DNA of 63,441 nt, filler included, from Octopus bimaculoides (taxonomy: Eukaryota), in the NCBI RefSeq assembly GCF_001194135.2. It is 8 parts of 8 records of this genome, joined end to end, with 100 filler letters (N's around TTAATTAATTAA, not from the genome) between each part and the next. Parts side by side here need not be neighbours in the genome. Positions count along the whole stretch, not along the records: positions 1 to 26,887 come from NC_069010.1; 7 more parts are not named here. The stretch is one strand, 5' to 3'. Below, one piece after another: positions 13,017-23,700 of the stretch; within the stretch, counting starts at the first letter, position 1; every line of letters starts with the position of its first letter. Made by a program: the position numbers and the translations under genes. The notes under the pieces are model-generated. The model saw only the letters and a program-made list of their open reading frames with translations. It did no database searches and was not told where the DNA came from.

Positions 13017-14401
13017 NNNNNNNNNNNNNNNNNNNNNNNNNNNNNNNNNNNNNNNNNNNNNNNNNNNNNNNNNNNNNNNNNNNNNNNNNNNNNNNNNNNN
13101 NNNNNNNNNNNNNNNNNNNNNNNNNNNNNNNNNNNNNNNNNNNNNNNNNNNNNNNNNNNNNNNNNNNNNNNNNNNNNNNNNNNNNNNNNNNNNNNNNNNN
13201 NNNNNNNNNNNNNNNNNNNNNNNNNNNNNNNNNNNNNNNNNNNNNNNNNNNNNNNNNNNNNNNNNNNNNNNNNNNNNNNNNNNNNNNNNNNNNNNNNNNN
13301 NNNNNNNNNNNNNNNNNNNNNNNNNNNNNNNNNNNNNNNNNNNNNNNNNNNNNNNNNNNNNNNNNNNNNNNNNNNNNNNNNNNNNNNNNNNNNNNNNNNN
13401 NNNNNNNNNNNNNNNNNNNNNNNNNNNNNNNNNNNNNNNNNNNNNNNNNNNNNNNNNNNNNNNNNNNNNNNNNNNNNNNNNNNNNNNNNNNNNNNNNNNN
13501 NNNNNNNNNNNNNNNNNNNNNNNNNNNNNNNNNNNNNNNNNNNNNNNNNNNNNNNNNNNNNNNNNNNNNNNNNNNNNNNNNNNNNNNNNNNNNNNNNNNN
13601 NNNNNNNNNNNNNNNNNNNNNNNNNNNNNNNNNNNNNNNNNNNNNNNNNNNNNNNNNNNNNNNNNNNNNNNNNNNNNNNNNNNNNNNNNNNNNNNATATA
13701 TATATATATATATAATTGAGATTCAGTTGAGGTACCAAGTCAGTCCGGTATTATCCGCACACCTCGAAGTAAGGTGAATAAAATCAAAATAACAGGATAT
13801 CAAGAAGCATTGCAGTACGATCGTTTCAAGCGGCTTCATTTAATTGAACAATGCAATCATTACATCATTTTATGACCCCACTATGCTCCATTGTATGGTA
13901 AATCAACATACGACATAACGTGTACTGAGTGTAAAAACTGGACGGGAAACAAACACAGAAGGTCCCCAATTCTTTATCAGTTATCAACCAATTGCTAATA
14001 CACTGTTTCGCTCCTTTAATGATAAGACTAAGAGCTTCACAATTGGCGGCGCCCATAATAATAATAATAATATATGGTTTTACAAGGCATATGTAAAGCT
14101 AAGCGTTTTATAGACGCGAAATTCTGTGTAACCCTATGAACCGGCTATAACTAATTTACAGAAAACAAAAGACAAAGACAGGTGTAGGGACAACAAGTAG
14201 GTGTATATGTGAAACGCTCAGGAAAAGTATTTTACGTTTCGAGCCTACGCTCTTCCACAGAAAGGATAAAGAGGGGAAAAAAGGGAGAAAGAAAAAATGT
14301 GCAGAGTTCAACGTTCCAACTTGGCGATATATATAAATGTTTATTTTTATGTTCAATTATAATAAAAACAACTTTACATTAATTTAATTGATTACTCTAT
14401 A

Positions 14402-14547
14402 CTTTTGTACTCTTATACAAGGATGTTGATGACAGTAACTTCAAAGTTTCGGCCAGCTAAGCCATCGAAGGACAGTCCGACGATGGCTTTAGCTGGTCGA
14501 AACTTCAAAGTCTCTGTGAGCAACATCCTTGTATAAGAATACAAAAG
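14402..14547. repeat. ~146-bp fold-back palindrome made of two inverted HHR-like units
   Basis: Arms CTTTTGTACTCTTATACAAGGATGTTG...GCCATCG and CGATGGC...CAACATCCTTGTATAAGAATACAAAAG. Confidence 0.8.
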
Positions 14548-14607
14548 ACTGAACTGTGTATCAGCAATTTGTTTATCCGAAATGTATAGTATTAAATGTT
14601 AATCATA

Positions 14608-15010
14608 GGCGCAGGAGTGGCTGTGTGGTAAGTAGCTTGCTTACCAACCACATGGTTCCAGGTTCATTCCCACTGCGTGGCACCCTGGGCAAGTGTTTCC
14701 TATTATAGCCTCGGGCCAACCAAAGCCTTGTGAGTGATTTGGTAGACGGAAACTGAAAGAAGCCTGTCGTATATATGTATTTGTGTGTATACGTTTGTGT
14801 GTCTGTGTTTGCCCCCCCCCCAGCATTGCTTGACAACCGATGGTGGTGTGTTTACGTCTCCGTAAATTAGCGGTTCGGCAAAAGAGAGACCGATAGAATA
14901 AGTACTAGGCTTCCAAAGAATAAGTCCCGGGGTCGATTTGCTCGACTAAAGGCGGTGCTCCAGCATGGCCGCACTCAAATGACTGAAACAAATAAAAGAG
15001 TAAAGAGTAT
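14608..15010 (+). mobile_element. SINE family B, full length
   Basis: GGCGCAGGAGTGGCTGTGTGG head through to the GTAAAAGAGTAAAGAG tail. Confidence 0.88.
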
Positions 15011-15179
15011 ACATATGNNNNNNNNNNNNNNNNNNNNNNNNNNNNNNNNNNNNNNNNNNNNNNNNNNNNNNNNNNNNNNNNNNNNNNNNNNNNNNNNNNN
15101 NNNNNNNNNNNNNNNNNNNNNNNNNNNNNNNNNNNNNNNNNNNNNNNNNNNNNNNNNNNNNNNNNNNNNNTCTATTGTG

Positions 15180-15502
15180 TTCCACGATCCGATCAACGGA
15201 ACAGCCTTCTCGTGAAATTAACGTGCAAGTGGCTGAGCACTCCACAGACACGTGTACCCTTAACGTAGTTCTCGGGGATATTCAGAGTGACAAGGCTGAC
15301 CCTTTGAATTACAGGCACAACAGAAACAGGAAAGAAGAGTGAGAGAAAGTTGTGGTAGAAGAGTACAGCAGGGTTCGCCACCATCCCCTGCCGGAGCCTC
15401 GTGGAGCTTTAGGTATTTCCGCTCAATAAACACTCACAACGCCCGGTCTGGGAATCGAAACCGCGAGTCTACTGCCCTAATCACTGGGCCATTGTGCCTC
15501 CA
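15180..15502 (-). mobile_element. SINE family C, abutting the EMC6 promoter, divergent orientation
   Basis: Family C sequence with a small deletion between the two CCGCGA repeats in the head. The 3' end runs into a gap. Confidence 0.85.
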
Positions 15503-15614
15503 GGGGCTGAATAACGAGAGACAATGAGTAAAGATACAATTTTCTCTGACGTCACTACTTACTGTACACCCACTTTCATGACGTTTGCTACACATAGTCA
15601 CACAGCGACACAAC
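15503..15614 (+). promoter_or_regulatory. Putative EMC6 proximal promoter/5' UTR with palindromic CRE (TGACGTCA 15547-15554) and TGACGT half-site (15579-15584)
   Basis: Motifs seen directly in the 112 bp of unique sequence between a SINE head and the ATG. The TSS is not known. Confidence 0.4.
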
Positions 15615-15660
15615 ATGGCTACTACTACAATTGCTTTGAAGACCAGAAAATCGCGACCAG
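15615..15660 (+). CDS. EMC6: EMC6 coding exon 1 (MATTTIALKTRKSRP + 1 nt, phase 1)
   Basis: caacATGG start context, 46 nt open frame, donor CCAG|GTATGT. Phase 1 joins exon 2 exactly (G+AT = Asp) and gives a basic N-terminus of the length expected for EMC6. Confidence 0.8.
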
Positions 15661-16067
15661 GTATGTTCGTTTCAGGGCTTTTTTCTTTTCATAAATAAAT
15701 ACGCGATCGACCACATCGTACCCATCGCAATGTGGTATATTAAAAAGTCCGTATTTAACGCCAGTATTGTCTTTAATGAAGCTACATTACGTACATTACC
15801 CGTATATTGTCTCTCCGATGTTGGTGTCATGCCGTTTATCTTGATGTAGTTACGGTTGTCTAGAACGAGATCAATGGTTATTTAGCTGATCTATGATCAA
15901 ATATATCCCGACCGTGACCATCTCATTTGTTTCAATTATATTTTTACCTAAGCCTGGGACTGTAATATATAATGCTGTTCTTTTTAACTCCTCTTAGTAA
16001 AACGATAGACTGGGATCTTGGGAAAGATTTAGCTGTTATTTCTAGCTGCTCGTGTGACCATATAGAT

Positions 16068-16341
16068 CAGTGGTTCTCAACCGGGCTCCATATAAGATTT
16101 TGGAGAGTCCACGCTACAAAATAGTAAATTGAGTATCCACAATAGTATTTTAAGGGCCCTTGAAAAAAATTAGGTTTATTTGTAAGGAGTGTCTGTGTGG
16201 TAAGTAGCTTGCTTACCAGCCGCATGGTTCCGGGTTCAGTCCCACTGCGTGGCACCTTGGGCAAGTGTCTTCTACTATAGCCTCGGGCCAACCAAAGCCT
16301 TGTGAGTGGATTTGGTAGACGGAAACTGAAAGAAGCCCGTC

Positions 16342-16381
<40 letters not shown>

Positions 16382-16771
16382 TTCTGTCTGAGTTTTCCCC
16401 CCCAACATCGCTTCACAACCGATGGTGGTGTGTATACGTCCCCGTAACTTAGCGGTTCGGCAAAAGAGACTGATAGAATAAGTACTAGGCATCCCAAAAA
16501 TTAAGTCCTGGGGTCGATTTTCTCGACTAAAGCGGTGCTCCAGCATGGCCGCAGTCAAATGACTGAAACAAGTAAAAGAGTATGTAATGCAAGAAACAGC
16601 CAGGTTTCTTTGTTTTACGTAGTTCAACCTACAATGTATGTAAAACAAAAAAAATATGAATTTTGAAAGAAGTTTCTATATAACAAGTTTATAACCATCG
16701 AATGGCTCTGGGGGTCCACCAGAATAAAATAGTAATCAGAGGGGTCCATAAAAATTTATTGAGAAACCCTG
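16068..16771. mobile_element. hAT (Charlie-like) MITE
   Basis: TIRs CAGTGGTTCTCAA / TTGAGAAACCCTG and a perfect 8-bp TSD ATATAGAT (16060-16067 / 16772-16779). Confidence 0.88.
16186..16580 (+). mobile_element. SINE family B nested inside a hAT MITE
   Basis: Family B consensus interrupting the 16068-16771 element. Confidence 0.85.
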
Positions 16772-16801
16772 ATATAGATAGATCCTCGAGGTTGGTGAAA
16801 C

Positions 16802-16940
16802 GGCACTACTTAAATACAGATGCATCTATGTAATGATGTTTTTACACTGCCCACTCGTTAGGGTTAGGATTAGTTTTAACTTTAGTTTTTAGGGTTAGGG
16901 TTACGTAGATGCGTCGGGACCTCTGTATTTAAGTAGTACC
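16802..16940. mobile_element. Short TIR element with internal TTAGGG repeats
   Basis: GGCACTACTTAAATACAGA / TCTGTATTTAAGTAGTACC enclosing TTAGGGTTAGG runs. Confidence 0.6.
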
Positions 16941-18489
16941 GATAAGTACCAGCTGAATACTGAGGCTGCTGCAATCAACTAGCCCACCCCCACTTCAAAA
17001 TTTCAGGCGTTGTGCCTCTAGTAGAAAGGATTATTAGCCCTTTTGCATTCAGATTACTCTATTAAATGTAATGCTTATTTATTCACATTGTTTTGAATTA
17101 ATATCTCTTAGGGCAATGGGTAAGGACCTCCTTCGGTCGTGAATTACCATGAGATTGCATCTAGAAAGTTCCCCTCCGAGGCACAAGTCTGGGTAAGGCT
17201 ATTTATGGAAGACCAACAGTTGCCAATGCATACCAGCCTCCCCTCTTCGTGCTACTGATGTTATCCAAGGGAAAGGCAAAGGGGCCAATACAGTTTGGCA
17301 CCAGTGACGTCACAACTCATTTCTACAACGGAGCAACGTGAAATAAAATGCCTTGCTCAAGAACACAGCACACACCCCTTTGGTTACAAATGATCTTGGG
17401 ATTGCACCTAGAAAGTTCCCTTCCAAGGCACAAGTCCAGGCAAGGTTGTTTATGGAAGACCAGCAGTCACCCATGCATACCAGCCTCTCCACGCCACCAA
17501 TGCTACCCAAAGGAAAGGCAAAGGGGCCGATACAGCTTGGCACCAGTGACGTCACAACTCATTTCTACAATGTGGAATGAAGTGTCTTGCTCAAGAGAAC
17601 GCAATGCAGCCCGGTCTGGGGGATCAAACTCAGAACCCGACGACTGTAAGCCTGAGACTCTAACCGTAGCTACAAGATTTCGATGTTATGGTTGTTTATT
17701 TTTAGTATGAGGTTGTAGGGTAGGTGTGAGAGGCTGGATCCAGACAGTTTGAACATAAAACAGAATATTTTGAGTGGATATGGCCAGTTTAAATGCTAAA
17801 GGGTTAAAGGAAGCGAGCTGGCAGAATTGTTAGCACACCAGACACAATGCTTAGTGGCGTTTCACTCGTGTTTACACTGAGTTCAAATTCCACTGAGGTC
17901 AACTTTGCCATTCAGGTTTTGGAGTCAGTGAAATAAGTACCACTTGAGCACTGGGGCTAATCCAGTTGATTTATCCAACTCCCTCAAAATTTCAGGCCTT
18001 GTTAGAGAGGATTATTATTATTATTATTATTAAGGTAGCAAGTTGGCAGAATTGTTAGCACTCTGGAAGAGATGTTTCGTGCTATTTCGCCCATCACTCT
18101 GTTCCGAGTTCAAAATCTGGCAAAGTCGACTTTGCCTTTCATCCTTTCGGGGTCGATAAATTAAGTACCAGTTGCATACTGAAGTCAATCTAATTGACTG
18201 GCCCCCTCCCCCCAAATTTCAGGCCTTGTGCCTATTGTAGAAATGAAGACAGCAAGCTGGCAGAATTGTTAGCATGCTGGGCAAAATGCTTAGCAGTATT
18301 TCATCTGCTGCTACGTTCTGAGTTCAAATTCTACCAAGGCTGACTTTGCCTTTAATCCTTTTGGGGTTGATGAAATAAGTACCAGTTACACACTGGGGTC
18401 GAGGTAATTAACTAGCCCCTTTTCCCCAAAAATTTTCAAGGCCTTGTACCTGGAGTAGAAATAATAATAATAATTATTATTATTATTAT

Positions 18490-19050
18490 TATTATTGAGT
18501 GAGAGAGCATGCCATCAAAGTGACACTGGGGTACAAATATACGAAGCCCAGTATACCCATCATGACTACCCGTCTGATAAGGGTACACCAGGCACATGCT
18601 TCACAACCATTTGTGCATGACACGGTGATTTCATATCAAGATAATCAGCGCATGACCTTGCAGGTGGAGCCCTGTTAGAATTTTCTTCAGGTCGAGTAGC
18701 CCATCCCACTCAAAAGGTCCTTGAATAAGGGTTGTTTAAGGATGTTGAACAAAATACTCATGTTTCGAGAGATGAATTATTCAAACCCCAAAGAATTCCT
18801 CTCAACACATGGCTATGATGCTCCCCCACTACTTCTGCTCATGATCAGAGATGCACATATCATCAGCCACCAAGGGACATGCTCAACTGGTTACGGTCAA
18901 ACAACTGACAAGCAAATCTGTGGTATTAAGCAGAATATTTACTGTAACCCATCTTTTATACCCAGACAAAACAATGTACATGACAACACTTCCAATCAAT
19001 TAAGATCAGAAGCAATGAGAGCCACTGCCTGGTACTGCATCAGGGCATTA
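18490..19050. repeat. Probable interspersed repeat of unknown class
   Basis: Moderate-GC block sharply bounded by (ATT)n SINE tails, with no recognisable protein. Repeat status is inferred. Confidence 0.35.
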
Positions 19051-19424
19051 TTATTATTGTTATGGCTATGGCAGTGGTGAGTTGGCAGAATTGTTAGTAT
19101 GCTGGATGAAATGCTTAGTGACATTTCTTATGTCTTTACAATCTAAGTTCAAATTCTACCAGGGTCGGCTTTGCCATTCATCCTTTCGGGGTTGATGAAA
19201 TTGATGTAAACCTCATCCATCTAAAATTGCTGGCCTTGTAGCAAAATTTGTAACCATAATCATTATCAGTATTATTATTATTATTAAGAAGGCAGCAAGC
19301 TGGCAGAATCATCAGCACGCTGGACAAAATGTTTAGCGGTATTTCGCACAGCTCTACGTTCTGAGTTCAAATTCCACTGAGGTCGACTTTGCCTCTCATC
19401 CTTTCGGGGTCGATAAAATAAGTA

Positions 19425-19680
19425 CCAGATGGACTGGCTTGTGCGGGTGGCACATAAAAGACACCATTTCGAGCGTGGCCGTTTTCGTGCGGGTGACACG
19501 TAAAAGCACCCACTACACTCTCTGAGTGGTTGGCGTTAGGAAGGGCATCCAGCTGTAGAAACTCTGCCAAATCAGACTGGAGCCTGGTGTTGCCATCCGG
19601 TTTCACCAGTCCTCAGTCAAATCGTCCAACCCATGCTAGCATGGAAAGCGGACGTTAAACGATGATGATGATGATGATGA
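19425..19680 (+). mobile_element. LINE-related 3'-tail retroelement inserted into a family A SINE
   Basis: GTTGGCGTTAGGAAGGGCATCCAGCTGTAGAAAC...GGACGTTAAAC(GAT)n splits the SINE at GTACCAG|TGAACACTGGGG. Confidence 0.6.
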
Positions 19681-19818
19681 TGAACACTGGGGTCAGTGTA
19701 ATTGACTCATTCCCTCCCCCAAAATGACTGCCCTTGTGGCAGAATTTGAAACCATTATTATTATTATTATTATTAGTCAAGACGAAGAGTGCGATTCGAT
19801 TGTATAGATGTTTTATTC

Positions 19819-19863
19819 TTTGAACAATATTTCGACAGGACGTCTGTCTTTGTCAAGTTCAAA
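19819..19863 (-). ncRNA. Candidate minimal type I hammerhead ribozyme, U3:A8 core variant (inverted mate)
   Basis: On the - strand: TTTGAAC TTGACAA A GACAG acgtc CTGTC GAAA TATT GTTCAAA. Confidence 0.6.
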
Positions 19864-20184
19864 ACAAAAGGTGATTGAAAATTCAAAATTTCAGAAACCA
19901 AACGTAAACTATGAACGAGAGTAACCAGCGTCCATACGTTGATGGAATGACCTCATCAGTTTTTGTCAGGTTTTTAACAAGCAGAAAGAAAGAAAAAGGA
20001 AGACAACAGAAAAAGAAAAGAAAAAGAAAGAAGAATATTCAATCAAATAGCTTTGTATAAATCTGATGATATTCTCCTGTCATCTTATTCATTCCTCTAG
20101 GGCGTGATGTCAATAACCCACAAACATATCTCGTTCATAGTTTACGTTTGGTCTCTGAAATTTTGAATTTTAATCACCTTTTGT

Positions 20185-20229
20185 TTTGAACTTGAGAAAG
20201 ACAGACGTTCTGTCGAAATATTGTTCAAA
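20185..20229 (+). ncRNA. Candidate minimal type I hammerhead ribozyme, U3:A8 core variant (sense strand of EMC6 intron 1)
   Basis: Stem I TTTGAAC/GTTCAAA, core TTGAGAA plus an extra A, stem II GACAG-acgtt-CTGTC, GAAA, palindromic stem III (ATAT), AUU cleavage triplet. Confidence 0.6.
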
Positions 20230-21510
20230 GAATAAAACATCTAAAATCGCACTCTTCATCTTGACTATTTACCTTCGTGAAGAGTTACGTCAATCCTTTT
20301 TTAAAATATTATTATTATTATTATTATTATTATTAAGAAGGCGATGAGCTGGCAGAATCCGGCAAAATGCTTAGCTGTATTTCGTCTTGTTTTCACGTCC
20401 TAAGTTCAAATGCTGCCAGGATTGATGTTGCCTTCCATCCTTTCGGAGTCGATGAATTAAGTACCAGTGAAACACTGGGGGTCAATGCAATCAACTTGTC
20501 TTCTCCCCCAAAATTTCAGGCTTTGTGTCTTTAGTGGAAAGGATTATTATTATTGAAGGTGGTAAGCTGGCAGAATCATTAGCACGCTGTACAAAACGCT
20601 TAGCTGTATTTCACCCATCGCTATGTTCTGAGTTCAAATTCTGCCAAGGTCAACTTTTTCAGGATTGATAAATTAAGTACCAGTGACATACTGAGGGTCG
20701 ATGTAACCATCTAGGTCCTTCCCTCCAAATTTCAGGCCTTGTGCCTTTAGTAGAAAAGGGTTATTATTATTATTATTTGCAGTGTTTCTTCTGACTTTGT
20801 TCTTAGTTCAAATGCTGCCAAGGTTGTCTTTGCCCTTCATCCTTTCAGGGTCAATAAAGTAGGTACCAGTTAAGTACTGGGGTTGATGTAATCGACTTCC
20901 CCCCCCCCTCTACCGAACTTGCTGGCCTTGTGCCAAAATTTGAAACCATTATTATCATTATGTTTGTCATCACCATCATCATCATTATTATTATTATTAT
21001 TATTATTTTGTTTTTTAGCTCCTTCAGGCCATTCTGAGGCTGATAAACCCAAACCTCAACCTCAACCGGTGCCAAAAGACATAAATGTTGACAAACAGGG
21101 TATGGACGGTTGTGTTCCATGTGACCACCCCTACCTCATCCCCCACTATCACCTTTTCTTTGTGTGACAATCCACTTCTGACTCTCACTTTTTGACCCNN
21201 NNNNNNNNNNNNNNNNNNNNNNNNNNNNNNNNNNNNNNNNNNNNNNNNNNNNNNNNNNNNNNNNNNNNNNNNNNNNNNNNNNNNNNNNNNNNNNNNNNNN
21301 NNNNNNNNNNNNNNNNNNNNNNNNNNNNNNNNNNNNNNNNNNNNNNNNNNNNNNNNNNNNNNNNNNNNNNNNNNNNNNNNNNNNNNNNNNNNNNNNNNNN
21401 NNNNNNNNNNNNNNNNNNNNNNNNNNNNNNNNNNNNNNNNNNNNNNNNNNNNNNNNNNNNNNNNNNNNNNNNNNNNNNNNNNNNNNNNNNNNNNNNNNNN
21501 NNNNNNNNNN

Positions 21511-21810
21511 AACATGCAAGTGGCTGAGCACTCCACAGACACGTGTACCCTTAATGTAGTTCTTGGGGATATTCAGTGTGACACAGTGTGACCCTTTGAA
21601 TTACAGGCACAACAGAAACAGGAAGAAAGAGTGAGAGAAAGTTGTGGTGGAAGAGTACAGCAGGGTTCGCCACCATCCCCTGCCGGAGCCTCGTGGAGCT
21701 TTTAGGTGTTTTCGCTCAATAAACACTCACAACGCCCGGTCTGGGAATCGAAACCACAATCCTATGACCGCGAGTCCGCTGCCCTAACCACAGGACCATT
21801 GCGCCTCCAC
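21511..21810 (-). mobile_element. SINE family C (3' end in gap), EMC6 intron 1
   Basis: Near-identical to the other family C copies. Confidence 0.85.
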
Positions 21811-22538
21811 TTTGAAAATAATGAAGAGTTTATTAAAATGATTATATAATTTAGATTGTGTTTGGAACATAAATTAACACAAAAATTTGATGGGAGTTTC
21901 CAATTTAGATCATTCTAAAACCGAAAGTTTATACCATAGAACCAGAGATGTCTCAAGTGATTTGATATCAAAAAGGTTAATGAAGACATGATGGAATGTT
22001 CTGGAAACTAATCATATGACTAGGGTATTTCTGTTGAAATACATTGGGGTTGATGTAATCAAGCTAGCCCCTTCCCCACCAAAAGTTTCAAGGCCTTGTG
22101 CCTAGAGTAGAAATAGTTATTAATTAAGCTGGTGTTTCGAACATTAGTTAAAACTGGAACGTTGTATTATGTAAATAGGGGTGGTTTCAGATGAGTTGGT
22201 ATCAAAGGAGTTAATCAAGCTTTGTAGGATTCTTGTGATATACGTTTCAGGATTAGTTGAACAGTGGGGTAGCATGTGGTACAGGGAGTTTAAAGTTAAT
22301 CCCTCATCCAGCATAACATCACCACCAGGCACTTCCTTGAGTGCTTGTAACAGAGTCTGCCCTTTTGTAAGCATTCAGTTTAGGGCTTTGGTTTGAATAT
22401 AACTTCTCCCTTCTGGCTACCACTCTCAGAACCCCTATAGACATTGATCAGCAGTGCCCTTCTCATTTGACTAAGCGATACCTCACCACCAAATAGAACT
22501 TTAAAAAAAATTTTTAACACCCTTATTCCATTACAAAC

Positions 22539-22807
22539 CAGGGCTGTGGAGTCGGAGCCGGAAACAAGGGTTAGCTGGAATCGGAGTAGGAGTCGGTAAA
22601 ACTATCGACTGCGACTCACAATGTCTTTATTCTTTAATATAAACCAGTTATAACATGTAGGCCTACTCAAAGTACAAGCGTATGCATATGCTTTATGAGA
22701 TATATGTAGACTACAATCACTTAATTGCATAAAGAGGAGTCAAGAGTCGGAGGTGCCAATAGTAGAGGAGTCGGAGTTAAAGTTTTTGTTTCAACTCTAC
22801 AGCCCTT
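22539..22807. mobile_element. hAT MITE with internal GGAGTCGG repeats
   Basis: TIR CAGGGCTGTGGAG / CTCTACAGCCCT and an 8-bp TSD TTACAAAC / TTACTAAC (7/8 match). Confidence 0.8.
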
Positions 22808-22859
22808 TTACTAACACATGCCTGTGTTCATTTTGTGTTTGAAGTGGGGAAATGTTTGC

Positions 22860-23700
22860 TGGGTTGAAGGGGTTTGTTGAGTTGAGGTTGCCTTGAGTGT
22901 AGACGGTTGCATTGGGTTCTGTGTTGAGGGTTTTGTGTGGTGTACTGAGGGAAAGGTTGGTTGTATTAGGGGTGGTGTGTCAAAGGGAAGCGCTTTGTTA
23001 GGAATAACGTGTAAGGCCGATTGTGCTGGGTATTGGAGGGGGTGTAGAGAGGAAGCGTTGCATTGGGTACTTTATTGAGGGTTTTGGGTGGTGTACTGAG
23101 GGGAAGGGCTTTGTTAGGGACAGTGTGTCAGGGCGATTGTGTTGGGTAATTGAGAGTGGCTGTGTTGGAGGTGTCGAGAGGGCAGGATGTGTCAGGTACA
23201 GTATTGAGGGTGGTTGGTGTTTTGAAGGAGCAGATTGTATTGGGTGGTGTATTGAGGGGAAGATTGTATTAGGGGGTGGTATATTGAGGGGAAGGATTTT
23301 GTTAGGGATAGTGTGTAAGGGTGATTGTATTGGGTATTTGAGGGTGGCTGTGTTGGAGGGGATATCAAGAGGGCAGGATGTGTCAGGTACAGTATTGGGG
23401 GTGGTGTTTTGAAGGAGCAGGTTATGTTGGGTGCTATATTGAGGGTCAGTGCTGGGTGGTTTGTTGAGAGGGAGGGCAGTTGTGTTGAGTACTGTACTGA
23501 GGGTGTGGTATGTGGGGGTGGGTTGTGGTTCAAGATGATGTGTTGGGCAATGTGTAAGGGCCGTTATTTTGGGTACTGCATTGAGGGGTTAGGGTTGTGT
23601 GTTGAAGGGAGTGATGTTGGTAATGGCATGTTAGGTAGAGTTGTGTTAGCCAATGTCTAAGGAACAATATTGTGGGTGGCTGTGTTGGGTACTAGGGTAG
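22860..23700 (+). repeat. G/T-rich degenerate tandem repeat (about 190-bp higher-order duplication) in EMC6 intron 1
   Basis: GAGGGCAGGATGTGTCAGGTACAGTATTG recurs at ~23178 and ~23369, with many GAGGG/TTGGG submotifs. Confidence 0.65.

Larger units (their letters stand above)
19776..20265. repeat. Fold-back element with ~140-bp inverted arms (19776-19920 / 20129-20265), TA on both sides
   Basis: The arms are reverse complements with scattered differences, and each contains an HHR-like motif. Confidence 0.88.
17811..21000 (+). mobile_element. Cluster of co-oriented family A SINEs (heads near 17811, 18033, 18250, 19073, 19298, 20337, 20557, 20780)
   Basis: Each copy has a GGCGAGCTGGCAGAATCGTTAGC A box, a GAGTTCAAATTC B box, a CCTTTCATCCTTTCGGGGTCGATAAA..AAGTACCAG central domain (resembles the Meta/MESC domain, from memory) and an (ATT)n tail. 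Other copies lie at about 590-752(-), 22040-22125, 43245-43390, 51365-51525 and 53327-53540. Confidence 0.85.

Noticed and set aside
19945-19965. CTGATGAG on the - strand in the spacer of the fold-back element
   Set aside because: No downstream GAAA and no stem I.
17811-21000. Regularly spaced conserved motifs suggesting a CRISPR-like array
   Set aside because: The units are ~220-bp SINE copies with homologous, not unique, intervening sequence, in a eukaryotic intron with no cas genes.
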